DNA from: Octopus vulgaris
Taxonomy: Eukaryota
Direction of reading: 5' to 3'
NCBI GenBank assembly: GCA_951406725.2
Contig: OX597818.1
Coordinates: 29,574,001-29,638,000, forward strand
Length of the DNA: 64,000 bases
The notes under the pieces are model-generated. The model did not search any database. It was not told the DNA's origin and worked only from the letters and a program-made list of their open reading frames with translations. Below are positions 37,801-51,730 of the stretch, piece by piece. A program made the position numbers and the translations under genes. Position 1 is the first letter of the stretch; each line of letters begins with the position of its first letter.

Positions 37801-40800
37801 AAAGGCGGGAAAGGCTTCATCTTGCATTATCTCAAAGCTACAAGAATTCAATAACGTGATCTGTTCGTTTTTTTTAAAGATTTCGTAGCGGTTTGAACAA
37901 ATAAAGGGGAATTAATTTTGGCCGATTTGAACACTAAAGGGTTTTAACAGCTAAGTTTTACAGTGTATAACAATTTGGTTTATGTAATACATCAGCCCTA
38001 TAAGACTGAAACAGTATTTCTAGACAAATTAGACATTAAGTACCTACCTCCTTCTTCCCTTCCATCACATCTAGAATAGTAGCCATTGTATTAAGTACAC
38101 CTAAAGCAGTAATGACTTTGTCTTCAGATGATTCAATATCAGCATTCAGAAGCTGGTGGAAGGTTTGAGCCTTAAAAAAAAAATTTAAAAACATTAATTA
38201 TGATGAAAAATGTGAAGAAATCAGCATTTTAGAATTGAAAACATTTTTTCATAAGAACTGCTTTTTGGATATATTCTAATATTTATTTATTTTTTTTTTT
38301 TGGAATTGCAACATGAAGAATATAAAAATATATACTCAAAAACAATTTAAATAATGCCTATTTATTCACATTGTTTTGAATTACTCATACATTTATTTTG
38401 TAGTTTGGAGATTTTGATAAGGTAACTTAACTTTTTAGAATGATTTTGTAAGGTTGGTGAGAGAGACTAGGTCTGGCAGATTTGAACAAAGCTTGTAGAA
38501 TATTTTGGTTCAATAAGGTTGGTTTAAATGTTAAGGGGTTAAAAATATTTTGAGGAAATTTCCCCTTGTCATTTTGAATTATTAAAATGAATGATTTTTC
38601 TTTCCATTATTCTGAAGTCTGGTCAAACTATGTCCAGAGCTTGTTGCTATAATTACCAAAGAACATGATTTGATCCCACTTGCATCCATTCAATTTTTTT
38701 ATCATTTGAATTCGAGTTGTCTCTTACCTTTCTTTAGTAAGAATTATTATCATTAACTCTTTACAAGTGATTTTATGTGAGCATGCATGTAGACCACTAT
38801 GTGGATACCCACCTTAGATAAACTAATTCAAGTGCTATGGGGCATAGGATCAGATCAACAGTTCTTTTTAGATAGTTATTAATAACGAAGTATGAAAATT
38901 AGATTATGCAAAATGCAATTTTGACTTGAAAAATGTTAAGTCTCAAGATTGGGTTGCAAAATCTATTCCAATCAATGCAAGCTAGGATAAAATGCATGCA
39001 AACATGGAGAATAATATCTAGCATTCTTATATGTCTATTTGTTTAAAAATGAAACAATCAATTTTGAGTAGAAGTTATCATTCTACTATAGTTTAGCCTT
39101 TGTGTTGTAGTGTCAGTCATTTATTTTGTTTAGATTACTAAGAGTTTTAAAAATGTTTTGAATTTAATGTCATAATTGAAAGTTTATTTTTGATTTTTTT
39201 CTATAAGTATACTTTTAAAAAACAATGTGTATTTCTTGACCAGAGAATTACTTGTTAAAGAAATATGTAAAATTGTGATTCATTTCAATATTTTTAATTA
39301 TTCCTTAATATCCTACAAAAATAAGTATTTAATTCACAAATAATTTCGAAACTGGACCTACCAAATGTGTCATCATTTCTACAGCAATAGGTAATACATC
39401 CTCAACATAATTACAAACTAAGCGTTGCAATACACTTGTCAGTTCATCATTCTCTGTTTCACGAATGATTCTTAGTACCTCTGTAACAATAAAAAATATG
39501 CAACTGATGTTAAAAAAAAAAAATTACTATCAAAAGGAAAATAATCTTAAAATCCTAACATCATCTGTATTTTCATTTGTTTCAAGTCAGTGCACATGCA
39601 AATTTTCCAAGGTTTCATGAAGCATTGGGAAGTACTTATCTATGAAAATGTGCTTAAATCTGTGACTAATTCCCTTTACGACTCATGGGCCTTAATAACA
39701 GAGTTATTATTAAAGGTTTTAACTATTAGTTTACAAAGTCAAAAACATACACTGATTGATTCAACTACAAAAACAAAATTTGAATGACAATAGATTATTT
39801 CACTCTGGATAAGGTTGGTTTAAATGTTAAGGGGTTAAATATATTTTGAGGGAATTTCCCCTTGTCACTTTGAATTACTAAAATGAATGATCTCTGACAT
39901 TAGAAACCAAGAAACACTAATATCAGTTGCTTTACAATTGCAAGAGATCATTCAGACTACTAATTAAGTATTCTCAAAAGCTTTAGCCTAAAAAGATTTC
40001 ATGTACTTGTGGTTAGTGAATGAACAGAAACAATGTAGTCAAGAATTCTTTAGTTGAGCCGAGGAGAAGTTAACTTCTTTAGTGTTAGTGCTAAAATAAA
40101 GTACTCCCAGTACATTAAATGGTTAGCATTATGTAGGATATGCCAAAATGGAATATACAAGACATAGCACCTTAAACCATGGCGGGAGGGAAAGTTCTAA
40201 ATAAGAAAAAACACTGTGACCCAGTCAACCCACGTCATCGCTGAAAGCAGGTATAAAATCATTATGATTATACTCACCCAAAATAACTGGCTTGACATGA
40301 GGACGTACAAATTGCTTGGCTTAGTAAAAGAAAAAAAAAAGATGAGCATTAGTAGCAATAATAAATAGCAATATTCTGTTTCAAATTTATTTTTATGTTA
40401 GAATATTTTGAGTTATTGTTAAAAATACTTGATAGTTTTAAGAAAAATAAAAGGAACATGCAATACCTGATACAGAAAAACAGAAACGATCTCCAAGAGG
40501 CTGAAACTACTCTTGAAATGAACCTTGCATTCTGTTACTCCAACTAATTAGGATGGTTGTACAGACACATCCAAGTTGTGAGTGAACAAAACAATTTTTT
40601 ATATATATATTGGACAGACATGGAGGAAGGGAGTGTGCCCATAACCTTCATAAGCTCACAAAGACTAGTGAGAGTGATAGCTCCTCTTGAACAGTTGCAA
40701 ACTAATGACTACAAATAAAACATGTGCAAGGAGGGAATTCTAGAGAACTGACGTTCTGAGCACAGTAATTGGTGTAGGGACATAGAAAAATAATGGGAGA

Positions 40801-43800
40801 TACAAGTAAATTAGGAATTCCTGGGTGAAGATGATATGAGACCAACCAGTTCCAAGGATAGAAGCCACTGTAGTAGCAGTGGAAAAAGCAGAGAAGAGAA
40901 AACATTTCCATAGACAAGAAGTTAAACTGCATAGGTGAACAATTTCATACCAAGCAGGCAGATGTCATTTCTTTGGATAATGTCTAGGATGCCCTGAGTG
41001 TAGTAGCAACACCATCTTAAATGTGGGACCAATACTGTATTGTCTCACTTGATATTTGTTGAGGATTAGAAGTTGATAGATGAAGTATTTTCTGCCCTAG
41101 AGAGAAACCAGTCTCCATCGTGCTCTATTTGATATAATGACTACCAGCATTTGCCCAAGGACATCCTCAGTAATGGTGTAAACTAGCAACTATAGCAAAC
41201 TTGAGTCTTATTGCATGCAATTCACATGAAGAATGGTAGAGAAAGTAGGGCTCTCTGTTGTTTTGTTTTTTACATGGGTAGATATTGCCTTTCTGTGCTG
41301 GTGAAGCAAGACTAGCACAACCTCACTGGAGGGGGTTTACAAAGGCCTATTCATGGAGTCACAATAGATTTTCTATTAGGCACCTACAATAAATGTGGAT
41401 GATGCTTTGATATGGAAGATTAGAATGTGATAATGAGCAGTACTATCTGCATAGAGGGGTTGTTGGATGAGAAGACAAATAGATTTTTAAATGTTTAGTT
41501 TAATGGATAGTGGTGGGTGGAGAATAAAACAGAATCTCCAGGCACAATATGGTCAAAGTGATCTCTATCAACAAACACTGCAATGACATGGTCTAAAAGA
41601 AAATTTGCTAATCCAAGAGATGGGAAATAGCTGGAGCTAAGAGGTAGGGAGTTTTTCCAAGAGATAGGTTGTTTAGTCTCAGATGAGACCTGATCAAACA
41701 CTTTTAAAACACCAGTCATAAACATCCCATCTTTTATTCATACAGTATATCTAGAACTGCAGTATCCAACATATCTTGCGATTTTAATTAAGATGGTAGG
41801 TTGTTGTTTGAGGAAATACAGGATACTATTATTAGCCAGTCAAGTGACCATATAGAAGCTCGTTCGTTGGGATATGTAATAGAGAAATAAAGTCACCTTT
41901 GTCATGTTGGGTAACCAGCATCTGAAGTGCTATTGCAGCTTCAACCTTGACAGGTAACTCATTATCATTACACAAACATTCTTTGCTCAACTCAAGTGCT
42001 TGCATCAAGTTGTTATCTTGCTTATAACGAAGTTCACTAAAATAGTGGAGCATCCAACAGGCCTACAAATAGAAACATTATGAAATTAACACATGATACT
42101 AAATAACACTATTTCAAGTGTAAGATATTTTATACATAAAATTTCTTATAAACATAGAATTATTGCAGCAAATTAAATAGAGAAAAATACTCACTCTAGC
42201 TCTAAGATAACCATGTTGACTACGAAATTCAGGAAAAACATGAGTAGTAAGCATCATTTCGGCTTGATCTTTGTAAATTTTTCTCTGTAATTAAAAAATA
42301 CTTTCGGTTTTAATTTTAAACAACCACAGAGTATAATATGAATACCAAGTCTATGTTTTAACCACCCGGCTTGAAGTTCCACTCCAAGTGTCTTCTACTT
42401 TAACCTTGGCCTCAATGAAATTGGTAGGCAGAAACCCCATACAGAAACATACACTTGAGTGCATGTGTGTGTATGTGCACACACACATCTGTAAACAATA
42501 TTCTGTAGTTTTTGAAGGCCAATGGAATAAAAATATTTTACTTAAAAATCAAGTAAGGGCTAGTAACAGGAAGGACATTCCTGTTGCTAATAACTACCCC
42601 AATAGATGTCATCCAAACCATACCAGTAATGAAATAAGCAAATATGATGATAATGATAATGGCAGTCAAGGCTACAAGTTTCAAGAGCAGAAGTATAATA
42701 AACTGAATTAACCTAATTAGTGACAGGTACTCAGTTTATCAACCCTGTAGGAATGAAAATTATTATTTCTCAAGAAAAATAACAAACCTTAAGAAGAATG
42801 TCAGCTACAGCTCCAATCATATGAAGAGCACCATCCTTCTGTCTTGGATCCACATTAGGCTGTGTCAATACAGACATACAAAATCCCATGGCCTTCTGAA
42901 GAACTTCTTTTCGTTTACCAACTGCAGAGTGGAACAAAGTTTGGGCAGCAACAACTGGTGACAGAAAATCTTCAAACATATCTACAATAAAGAATATACC
43001 ATAGCATCATACACTCCATCTCTCCTTATTTAATAATATGAATATACAAGTTTTGTAAATCTTGCTAATTATGCATATCATAATATGTATGAGGGAGGGA
43101 ACAGTGAATGTAGACTATTCCATATTTTCTAAGGTATATACAAAGAATGTTACCGAATTTCATGCGAATATATTCATGGGGATCTGCAGTCCATAGTTCA
43201 TCATCTTCATTACTGTGACACATCAAAGGAAACACAACATCTTGAATTATCACCTGCAAAATTATGTAATCGTCTAATGAATTATTCAATAAAGAAAACA
43301 TTTTATTCAAATTTTCTTTTCTATACCTATTTACATGACTCTATCCATTATAAAATGCCAAAACACCTAAGACTGCAGAATTTATTTATATTTAAATGTA
43401 AATTGCAATGTGCATGTAATAACACAATTTCACTTAAACACTAGGCAGTATAACATTTCTATCTTCCTTAAATTTTGGTGCAATTATTTCAAATCATTTT
43501 TTCCTTATTTCTTTAATGTTCTACACTTTTATGTAGAACATTAAAATTAAATAACCTTTCAATTTAGTAATAACTTTTGAGTTTGAATGATTTTCAAATA
43601 TAGCTCAAAATATAAACTATTGAGCTATATTTCAAATATAGCTCAAAATATAAACTATTTGTTTATATTTCCATATAACAGCTGTTCCATATAACAGAGG
43701 AGTCTAATGCAAAGGAAAAAAATAAAGGACAAATTGAACAAAATCACTACATTTTTGCCATAAGTTTTTGTCATAAGCAGGGATTTAGGAAGCCATATAA

Positions 43801-46800
43801 TAAATAACTTTAGCAGTAACTCTATTCAGTGACAACATTTAAATAATATTCTACTTTGCTGATTTTTACATGTATTTACTATAATTAGGACAGTTTTGAG
43901 GCAAAAATTCTATCTTGGATTCATGTAAGAACCTTTAAGTTGTGTTTGAAACACCACTTAAATATAATAAACTTATGTTTTGGATTCACAGTTCAGAATT
44001 AAATTAAAATGTGTATTGTAATTAGAAATGTAATAATGACATGGTTAAATGCTAACAAGTCAATATTTGTGTTCAAAAGCATATTGTTTAAATTACTTAC
44101 TACTATATGTGGCTTGATACACTTCCAGGAGAAGGCATGGCTGATTCTGAAATGGACATATAAATTGTTTCCTTTTAAGTCTAAGATTAAAACTATTATT
44201 TTTGTATTGCTTTGTTTAAGGGGTAAAGCAGGCAAGTGTAATCTATTAATTAGACAAAACAAACAGATCTTCCATGGCATCGAGTATTCCAGTTGTTCAT
44301 TCAAATGAACTGCCAACTCCTTGATTAAAGACATTCTCAGTCAGAGTCAATAAAGTTTGCAGTTGAATTAAATGTACACTCCAATTTAGCACAAAAACCT
44401 TGACTTTCACACTATCTAAGGAAGTGGCATAAAAATAAAAACAACTTACCCTTGATTCAAATAGTTGAGTGTCTGCTGCATAACTCTGGGAGCAACATAC
44501 ATTTTCTTTCGATACTGATCGAGTAAATTCAAAAGGACAGGAATGATACCACCTAAATTCAAATAGAGTTGTAAAATATTAACCAAGTATCTAAACCTTA
44601 ATCTTTACGATTTTGAATCATTTGAGTAAAATGGTCTAAGCCCTAAGTCATTTTAGAAGATCAAAAGAGCTGAATTTATATTTATTCTACAAATATATAC
44701 AAAGAGTAAGAGTAGATCATGTGTGTGTGTGTGTGTGTTTATATACAAACAAGAGATGTCAAGAATATTTGTTCCAGTGGATTATAGAATTCTACAAGAC
44801 AAAAGTTAAACCAAATTTGTATTTCATATTGATATTAAAAGAAAAAAAAATGAAATTTTATTTCTATTAAATATAGCACCGCCAGCAAAATGTTGGAAAT
44901 GCAAGCAATTTTATCAAAGAAAATAAATTGTAATTTATTTAAATGTTAATTTAGACATAAAGCTGTAGTTTAGAAATATTGAGTGTACAGCATTTTTATA
45001 AACAGCTTTCCATCCCTGTCCTTGACAACAATGGTCTATCTCAATAACTGCCTACACAATAACTACATAATAGAATCAGCCTCACATTACCACTACTAGC
45101 TCTATTTATATGTGCTTAACTATATTTAACATTGCCCCTATTGCCAACTGTCTCCTTACTCATTATTCTCTCTTACTCAGCACTTAAACAAAAACAAAGA
45201 CCACAAAGTGTCTGACAGTTGATGTACCTTAGCAGCTGTCACTGGAACAAGTTGCCTTGGTATTTAACACACCTTGTAGCATAACAAAGATTCTGTTTGA
45301 TTCTGTGATACACTTTAGACGAAATATAAAATATTGGCACACATCAAGAAGCAGAGGGCTATTTTACAAGTGGGAAAAAATTTAAAAAACTATAGTTTAC
45401 CTTGTTCTATTAATCACACTTGAACATAAAAAAAATTATGAATAACATTCACTTACACAAATCTCAAGCATTAGTATGAATCTTTTTAAAGCCTTAAATT
45501 ATATTATTAAAAATTTACAGCACATTTAGATACCCCTTATGTTACACCTTTTAAGAACTACCAGTCCAGAACAATTTGTCCCCATTAGCCAACTCCATCA
45601 CCATTAACACTTACAGATGGAAACAGGCACATGCCTCCCTCCAAACAAGTACCGTTGTAACATCCCTCCCATTACCTACAATGTAGAAACAACTATACCC
45701 ACTTCTTGAGAAAGCTCCCATACATACACATCATTTAAAATACTGCTGCAACATCTCTCCCAGTACCTAAAACTGAATTCCCTATCATTGAGATCTGTAC
45801 AGACTCACAGATGTTGAGATTGCAGCCCACCATCCCAGAGCAATAAGACTAGATAAACAGAGGAGGGCAGTAACCCTGAATAATAACTAATGCACATTAG
45901 AAGAGACTCTCCACACAGGGTAACATCTTTAGTGTCTGTGGACAATAAAATGCACCTGATACACCAACTACTCAGTGGGCTGCAAATACATTAAATTTGA
46001 GAAGTTTTTAGTAGAAGTCTGAAGAGAAATTCAGGACTTAACAATGATAGTTGCTAAAATATAAATCTAATAACCTAATGCAGAGCTTAAATTAAAAAAT
46101 GAAAATTTTCTTTTAAAATTTCCATTTTAAAAGATAAATACAAATATATTTATATGAAAAGTTGAAACAGACCATTGGGATAGATTTTAACCAAAAATCA
46201 AAATAAGTGAAATCTCTTGCTTCCACAAACTTGTAACAGGCACACATATTCTAATATAGTAACATTTCAGTGGTACAAGATATAAAATCTATATCAACTA
46301 TTTTTATATCACAAAAATTGTGAAACCATTCATAAAAAAAATAATTGAAACGGAAAAACTCACAAGTAAAGCTTTTCAGGTACCAATTAGCAAACTCTGT
46401 ATAGTCTTTGATTACATTACCAGGGCTGCCATACCTATAAGTATATAAATATATATCTACTGAATAATAGGGATATGTAGTCTTGTCTGATCCATGCAAG
46501 CATGGAAAATAGGTGCTAAAACAATATCAATTATCAGAATGCAATACATATCAAACAAGGAATGATCTTTCTTTAAAAGCAGAAAGATTTTAAGTTAAAT
46601 AAAATATCAAATTCCACATGGATAAAACAAACTAAAAAGATTTAATGATGTTCAAGTTAGCTAAGACAGTTCTTATATAAAAGTTTGGTTCCATTTATAT
46701 TGTTTGTAGGTGAGGAAGCAAATGCTATGCGTTTTTTTTTTCTTTTAAATGTTATTTAACTATTAAGAAATTACAGTAATAGTTAAAAGAAATCACAAAA

Positions 46801-49800
46801 AATATTCAAATTATATTACAGTAATCCCTCAACTATCACGGGTGTTACAATCCAAAAGCCCCAGCAATACGTGAAAATCTGCGAACTAGAAACAGTACTG
46901 TATACTATTTTTATAATTTGTATATGTTTATCATTATCATTGTTTAACATCTGTTTTTCATGCTGGCATGAGGTGGACAGCCTGACTGGAGACTAGAAAA
47001 CCAGGAAGCTGCACCAGGTTCCAATCTGATCTGGCAAGATTTCTACAGCTGAATGCCCTTCCTAACGCCAACCACTCAGTGTAGTGGGTGCTTTTTATGT
47101 GCCATCGGCATGGAAGCCAATCAGGCAGCACTGGCACCAGCCACCATTCGGATGGTGCTTTTTACAAGCCACCAGCACGGGAAGCCAGTCAAGTAGCACT
47201 GGCATTGGCCACAACTACAGTTTCCATTTTGATTTCGATTTGATTGAGATTCTGATTTTGATTTTACTTGGTCTCCTCAAGCACGGCATGTCACCCGACA
47301 ATTCAAAGGTACTTTTCAAATGGGCTGGTTATGTGACACTGGTATAGGCTACAGCTGTGATCTGACTTTACTTGCCGGGTCTTCTCAATCACAGCATATC
47401 TCCAGAGATCTTGGTCTCTTGTCATTGTGAGGCCCAATGTTCGATGGCTGTGTTTCACCACTTCATCCCATGTCTTCCTGGGTCTCCCTCTTCCGCGAGT
47501 TCCTTTGACTGTAGGGGAGTGACACTTCACACAGCTCTCTTCATTCCTCCGTAGTACATGACCATACCAGTGCAGTTGTCCTTCTTACACACCACATCTG
47601 ATGCTTCTATGTCCAACATTTCTCTCAGGCCGCTTACACACTGTTGTGTGTGCACACTGACATTACACCTCCAGCAGATCATACAAGCTTCATTTCTTTC
47701 AAGCCTACATGTCTACAACAGTCATGGCCCATGCTTCCCTGCCATGTAGCATGGCAGTACACACACATGCATCATACAGTCTGCCTTTCACTCTGAGCAA
47801 GGCCTGTTGTCACCAGCAGAGGTAGGAGCTTTCTGAACTTTGCCCAGGATATTCTTTTTTTAGTGGGAATGCTCTCAGACCATCCATCCCCACTACAGAC
47901 TTGTTCACCTAGGTAGCAGAAGCTATCAACTACTTCTAGTTTCTCCCCTGGCATGTGATGGAATCTGTTTTCTGAACAGCTTCATGTTTATTGCCCCTGT
48001 GCATCTGCCGCACACAAAAGCTATCATCCCAGTTAACCTTCCTTTGATGTTGTGGCACCTCTTATGCGGCCATAGATTACACTGGGTACATCTTATGGAG
48101 TTTCTACCTACATCTTTTCTACAGATCACGCAGGCCATCTACCTGAGGTGGTTTATGATTTGCTCGCCTTCCAACTTACTAGTACTGGTTTTTGCAACAT
48201 TGTCTCTAAGGCCCTTTGATTCTAAACCTTGCTTCCACACCCAAAATTTCTTCTCTAGTTCTGGTAGTGATTCTGCTATGAGAGCAAGGTCATCAGCATG
48301 GAGGAGCTCCCAGGGGCAGCCAGTCTTGGGTTCCTCTATTATTGTCTGGAGGACTATGATGAATAAGAGGGGGCTTCACTATACTCGTTGCCGACCCTTA
48401 CTTTACTGGCAGCATTCTTGTACAGGGCCTGTACAGCTCGTATTAACTACTCGTCTATCCCTAGTTTCCACACCGCCCACCAGATGAGGGATCAGGGGAC
48501 CCTGTCAAAGGCATTCTCCAAGTCAACAAAAGCCAACTATAGGGGTTCATCTTATTTAAGTTAAATAAAATATCGAATTTTATATATTTGAGCTTTTATA
48601 AACTCTCCCCACACCCTTAGGAGTACCCATGTCTTCTCTTTTTTTTTTGGCCTCCCAAGTTTCATTTTCCATACAGCATGTGCAATTCTTTGTTTATTCA
48701 CTATAGCACACTATGTATTTTCTTTTAATATATTTAATGTGTTACACAGTGCAGTACTATACTGTACTTTTATCTATTTATTAATATTTAGGCGTGAAAA
48801 TGCTTATTTTACCACTGAAATAATTAAAATCTCTAAAAATATAAATACCTATCAGCAGCAGAAACCCACAATATACTGAGGAGTCCATGATATAAATTTA
48901 CACATATTAGCCAGAAAAATTTGCAATGTATTGAGGGCGCAATAAGTGAACCGCAATATGACGAGTGATTACTGTATTTAAATTCTTGTGAAATAATTAT
49001 AGATTATATGGATTCCTTTTCCTGAAAATCTTGTAACAAAAATAAAAAAATTTCAATACCGTTCGAATGTCCTTGCCAGAATATGTAAAGCCCATTTTTT
49101 AACTTTCCACCAAGGTAGACCTGGTCGCTCCTCTTCATCCACTTGATTAGCAGCCTTCAAGATAGGAGAATGAAGAAAAATATTGTGAGACAATTATTTA
49201 ATCTTAAATATATATTTTACATGAGTGGTATTACAACATTAAAAAGTAAATTTTTCTTGAACTCAACCAACTAAGATAATGTAGCAAAATTAACATAGCT
49301 TATCAAAACATCTCTACAAATAAGATTGTCTAGAAGCTAAACATAATATTTATTTACCTCAGGAATTGCACGATCAACTATTTGACGAATTATTTCCATC
49401 CAGCGAGTAAATACTTCTTGGTCAATCAAATTCAATGGGAGAAAATTCTGAAATATTCAAAACAATATTACTTTAGCTAGATTTTAAAAGTTCAGGATCA
49501 CTAGATGTACTAGCACTAGTATTTCCTAATACGAGTTATCCAAGGAATAAGTATGGTTACTTGAATTTGACAATAGCACTTTAGCTAAAGTAATATTTCT
49601 AATGATCTTACGTGAAAGATTATACTTGATAAACTTTTCAATAAATAAAAGTTATCTCAAAAATATGTAAAGATGTCATCTATAAGAAATTTGTTTTTAT
49701 CTGATATTTTGATACAGTTTCACGTACCCTGTACCTGCACTTTACTATATGAAAATCTTATTCTTGATTAAATCCTAATGAGTCCTAATATCTAAATCTT

Positions 49801-51692
49801 TTTACAGCAAGTTAGAACAGAATAAACACCAGTATTCTATTAACTATTTCACTGTAAGAGTGACTTTATACAATTTATTTCTGGAAATTGTTTTACGAGC
49901 CACAACAGAATTTAAGCTTGTATACAATACAGTAAATTGAATTTGACAATAATTGTATAGGTGTCCTGCACTACATTAATTATGTGATGGATTGAGAACA
50001 GTTTCTGCAGGCTTGAAATAAACTTACTTGTATTAATGCATAAAATATTTTTAAAATTTGCTTTTGTAAAAGATTTGATTCAATGGATGGATCTGGCATT
50101 ATCTGAAGCATCATCTTGTAGATAAGAGGTAAATGGACCACCATGGCTTGATGAAGTATTTCTCGGTCACTTAATCTTTTATATCTGCAAAATCAAGAAA
50201 CATACACAACTGTAGGTCTTTATCTACAGGGGAAATAGTTCAAAATCAGTATATGTTTAATATAATTCCTTTAATGACAAGAAATTTAATATGACATCAA
50301 TAGCTAATTTATATCACAAACACATCAGAGAAATTAAAACAAGCTAACTTGGATTTCTGAGTTACACTGTCCAACATTATTTTACATCATATCTGAGTGC
50401 TGCTAATATTTGGAGATCCCCCACACACACACACACACATTTTCATTTTCTAAAATGTTTCACTATGGAAAAAAACTGGATACAAGTTTCATGCTGTCAA
50501 GCAGCAAGTTTAAATTCAAATCCTTTTCAAAAGAAGAGAAAAATCTTAAGAAAATATACAGCAAACATAAAAACCACGTGTGATTATAAATCAGCTATTT
50601 CTTTTTTCTGAGAGCGAAAGGAGTCTAATAACAGTTCCCATAAAAAAAAATTAAGAATTTGTACCTGAATAAAAAAACTGCTTTTCTATCATTTTTAGAA
50701 GATACTAAACCTAGCCACAGCCTTTCCAAGGAAATAAAACCATCAAATTATAGTTTGTTTGTTTTTTTTTTACTTTTTCTTTGAAGTGATTACAGCAGAA
50801 GCAAATCATTACACACAACATAAACACCCAAAAAAAAAGATAAGTTTGAGGTTTCCCCATATACTTTCAAGAAAATTTAAAATATGAGGAATTGTAGAAA
50901 TTGTATTTGTATGTGTGTGTAAATTTTTTTTTTTCAAATTTACCTAATTTCTATTTGATTTCTAATTTTAATTTACCAGCAAGATGTGTGACAAATTTTG
51001 ATTAAAATGGTTTGTGAATCATTGTTACATGTGCTTGCGTGTATTTTTATGTAAATTTATTTCATTTAGTTGATGGCATGTATTTCATTTCCCAATTTTC
51101 TTCAAAGACAAATTCCAATATTTCATTGTTTCACCTTTATGGTATACTTGTTTCATGTGCATTAAGTTCAACTGGTAGGCAACCCAGTAATTTGCACAAT
51201 TCTTCTCAATTATAAAAATTTGGCTGCATACTCACTGAATATTAGCTAATAACTCATTTTCTATGCTGATGTATAAACAAAACTTAATGCATTTTGTTGT
51301 ATTTACCTCTAATCAGATTCACTTTGAGACAAAAATTATGAAACAGATTTGGTAAAGAACCTTTTGTTAATGAAAACAGCTGTTATAAATGAAAAGCAAG
51401 TAAAATGAAAATTTATAAAGCCAAACATAAAAATCATTGTTGGGAAATTATCATAACTAGCTTTTCTAAGAGTAAATTCTCGTTAACTTTGTAGGACTTT
51501 TTAGAATTACAAAATACAATAAAAAATGCTTGGTTTTATATTTATAGTTGATGCCAACAGGAAAGACATGGGCAAGGAAGGAATTACAAACAGTTGAAAG
51601 TATAGGAATTTATTTATTAAAGTGTTTAGTGCAGGATTAGGGAAATAGGATGATGGCTGTAATGAGAAAAGGAGACACAGGTGTACAAGCAA

Positions 51693-51730
<38 letters not shown>

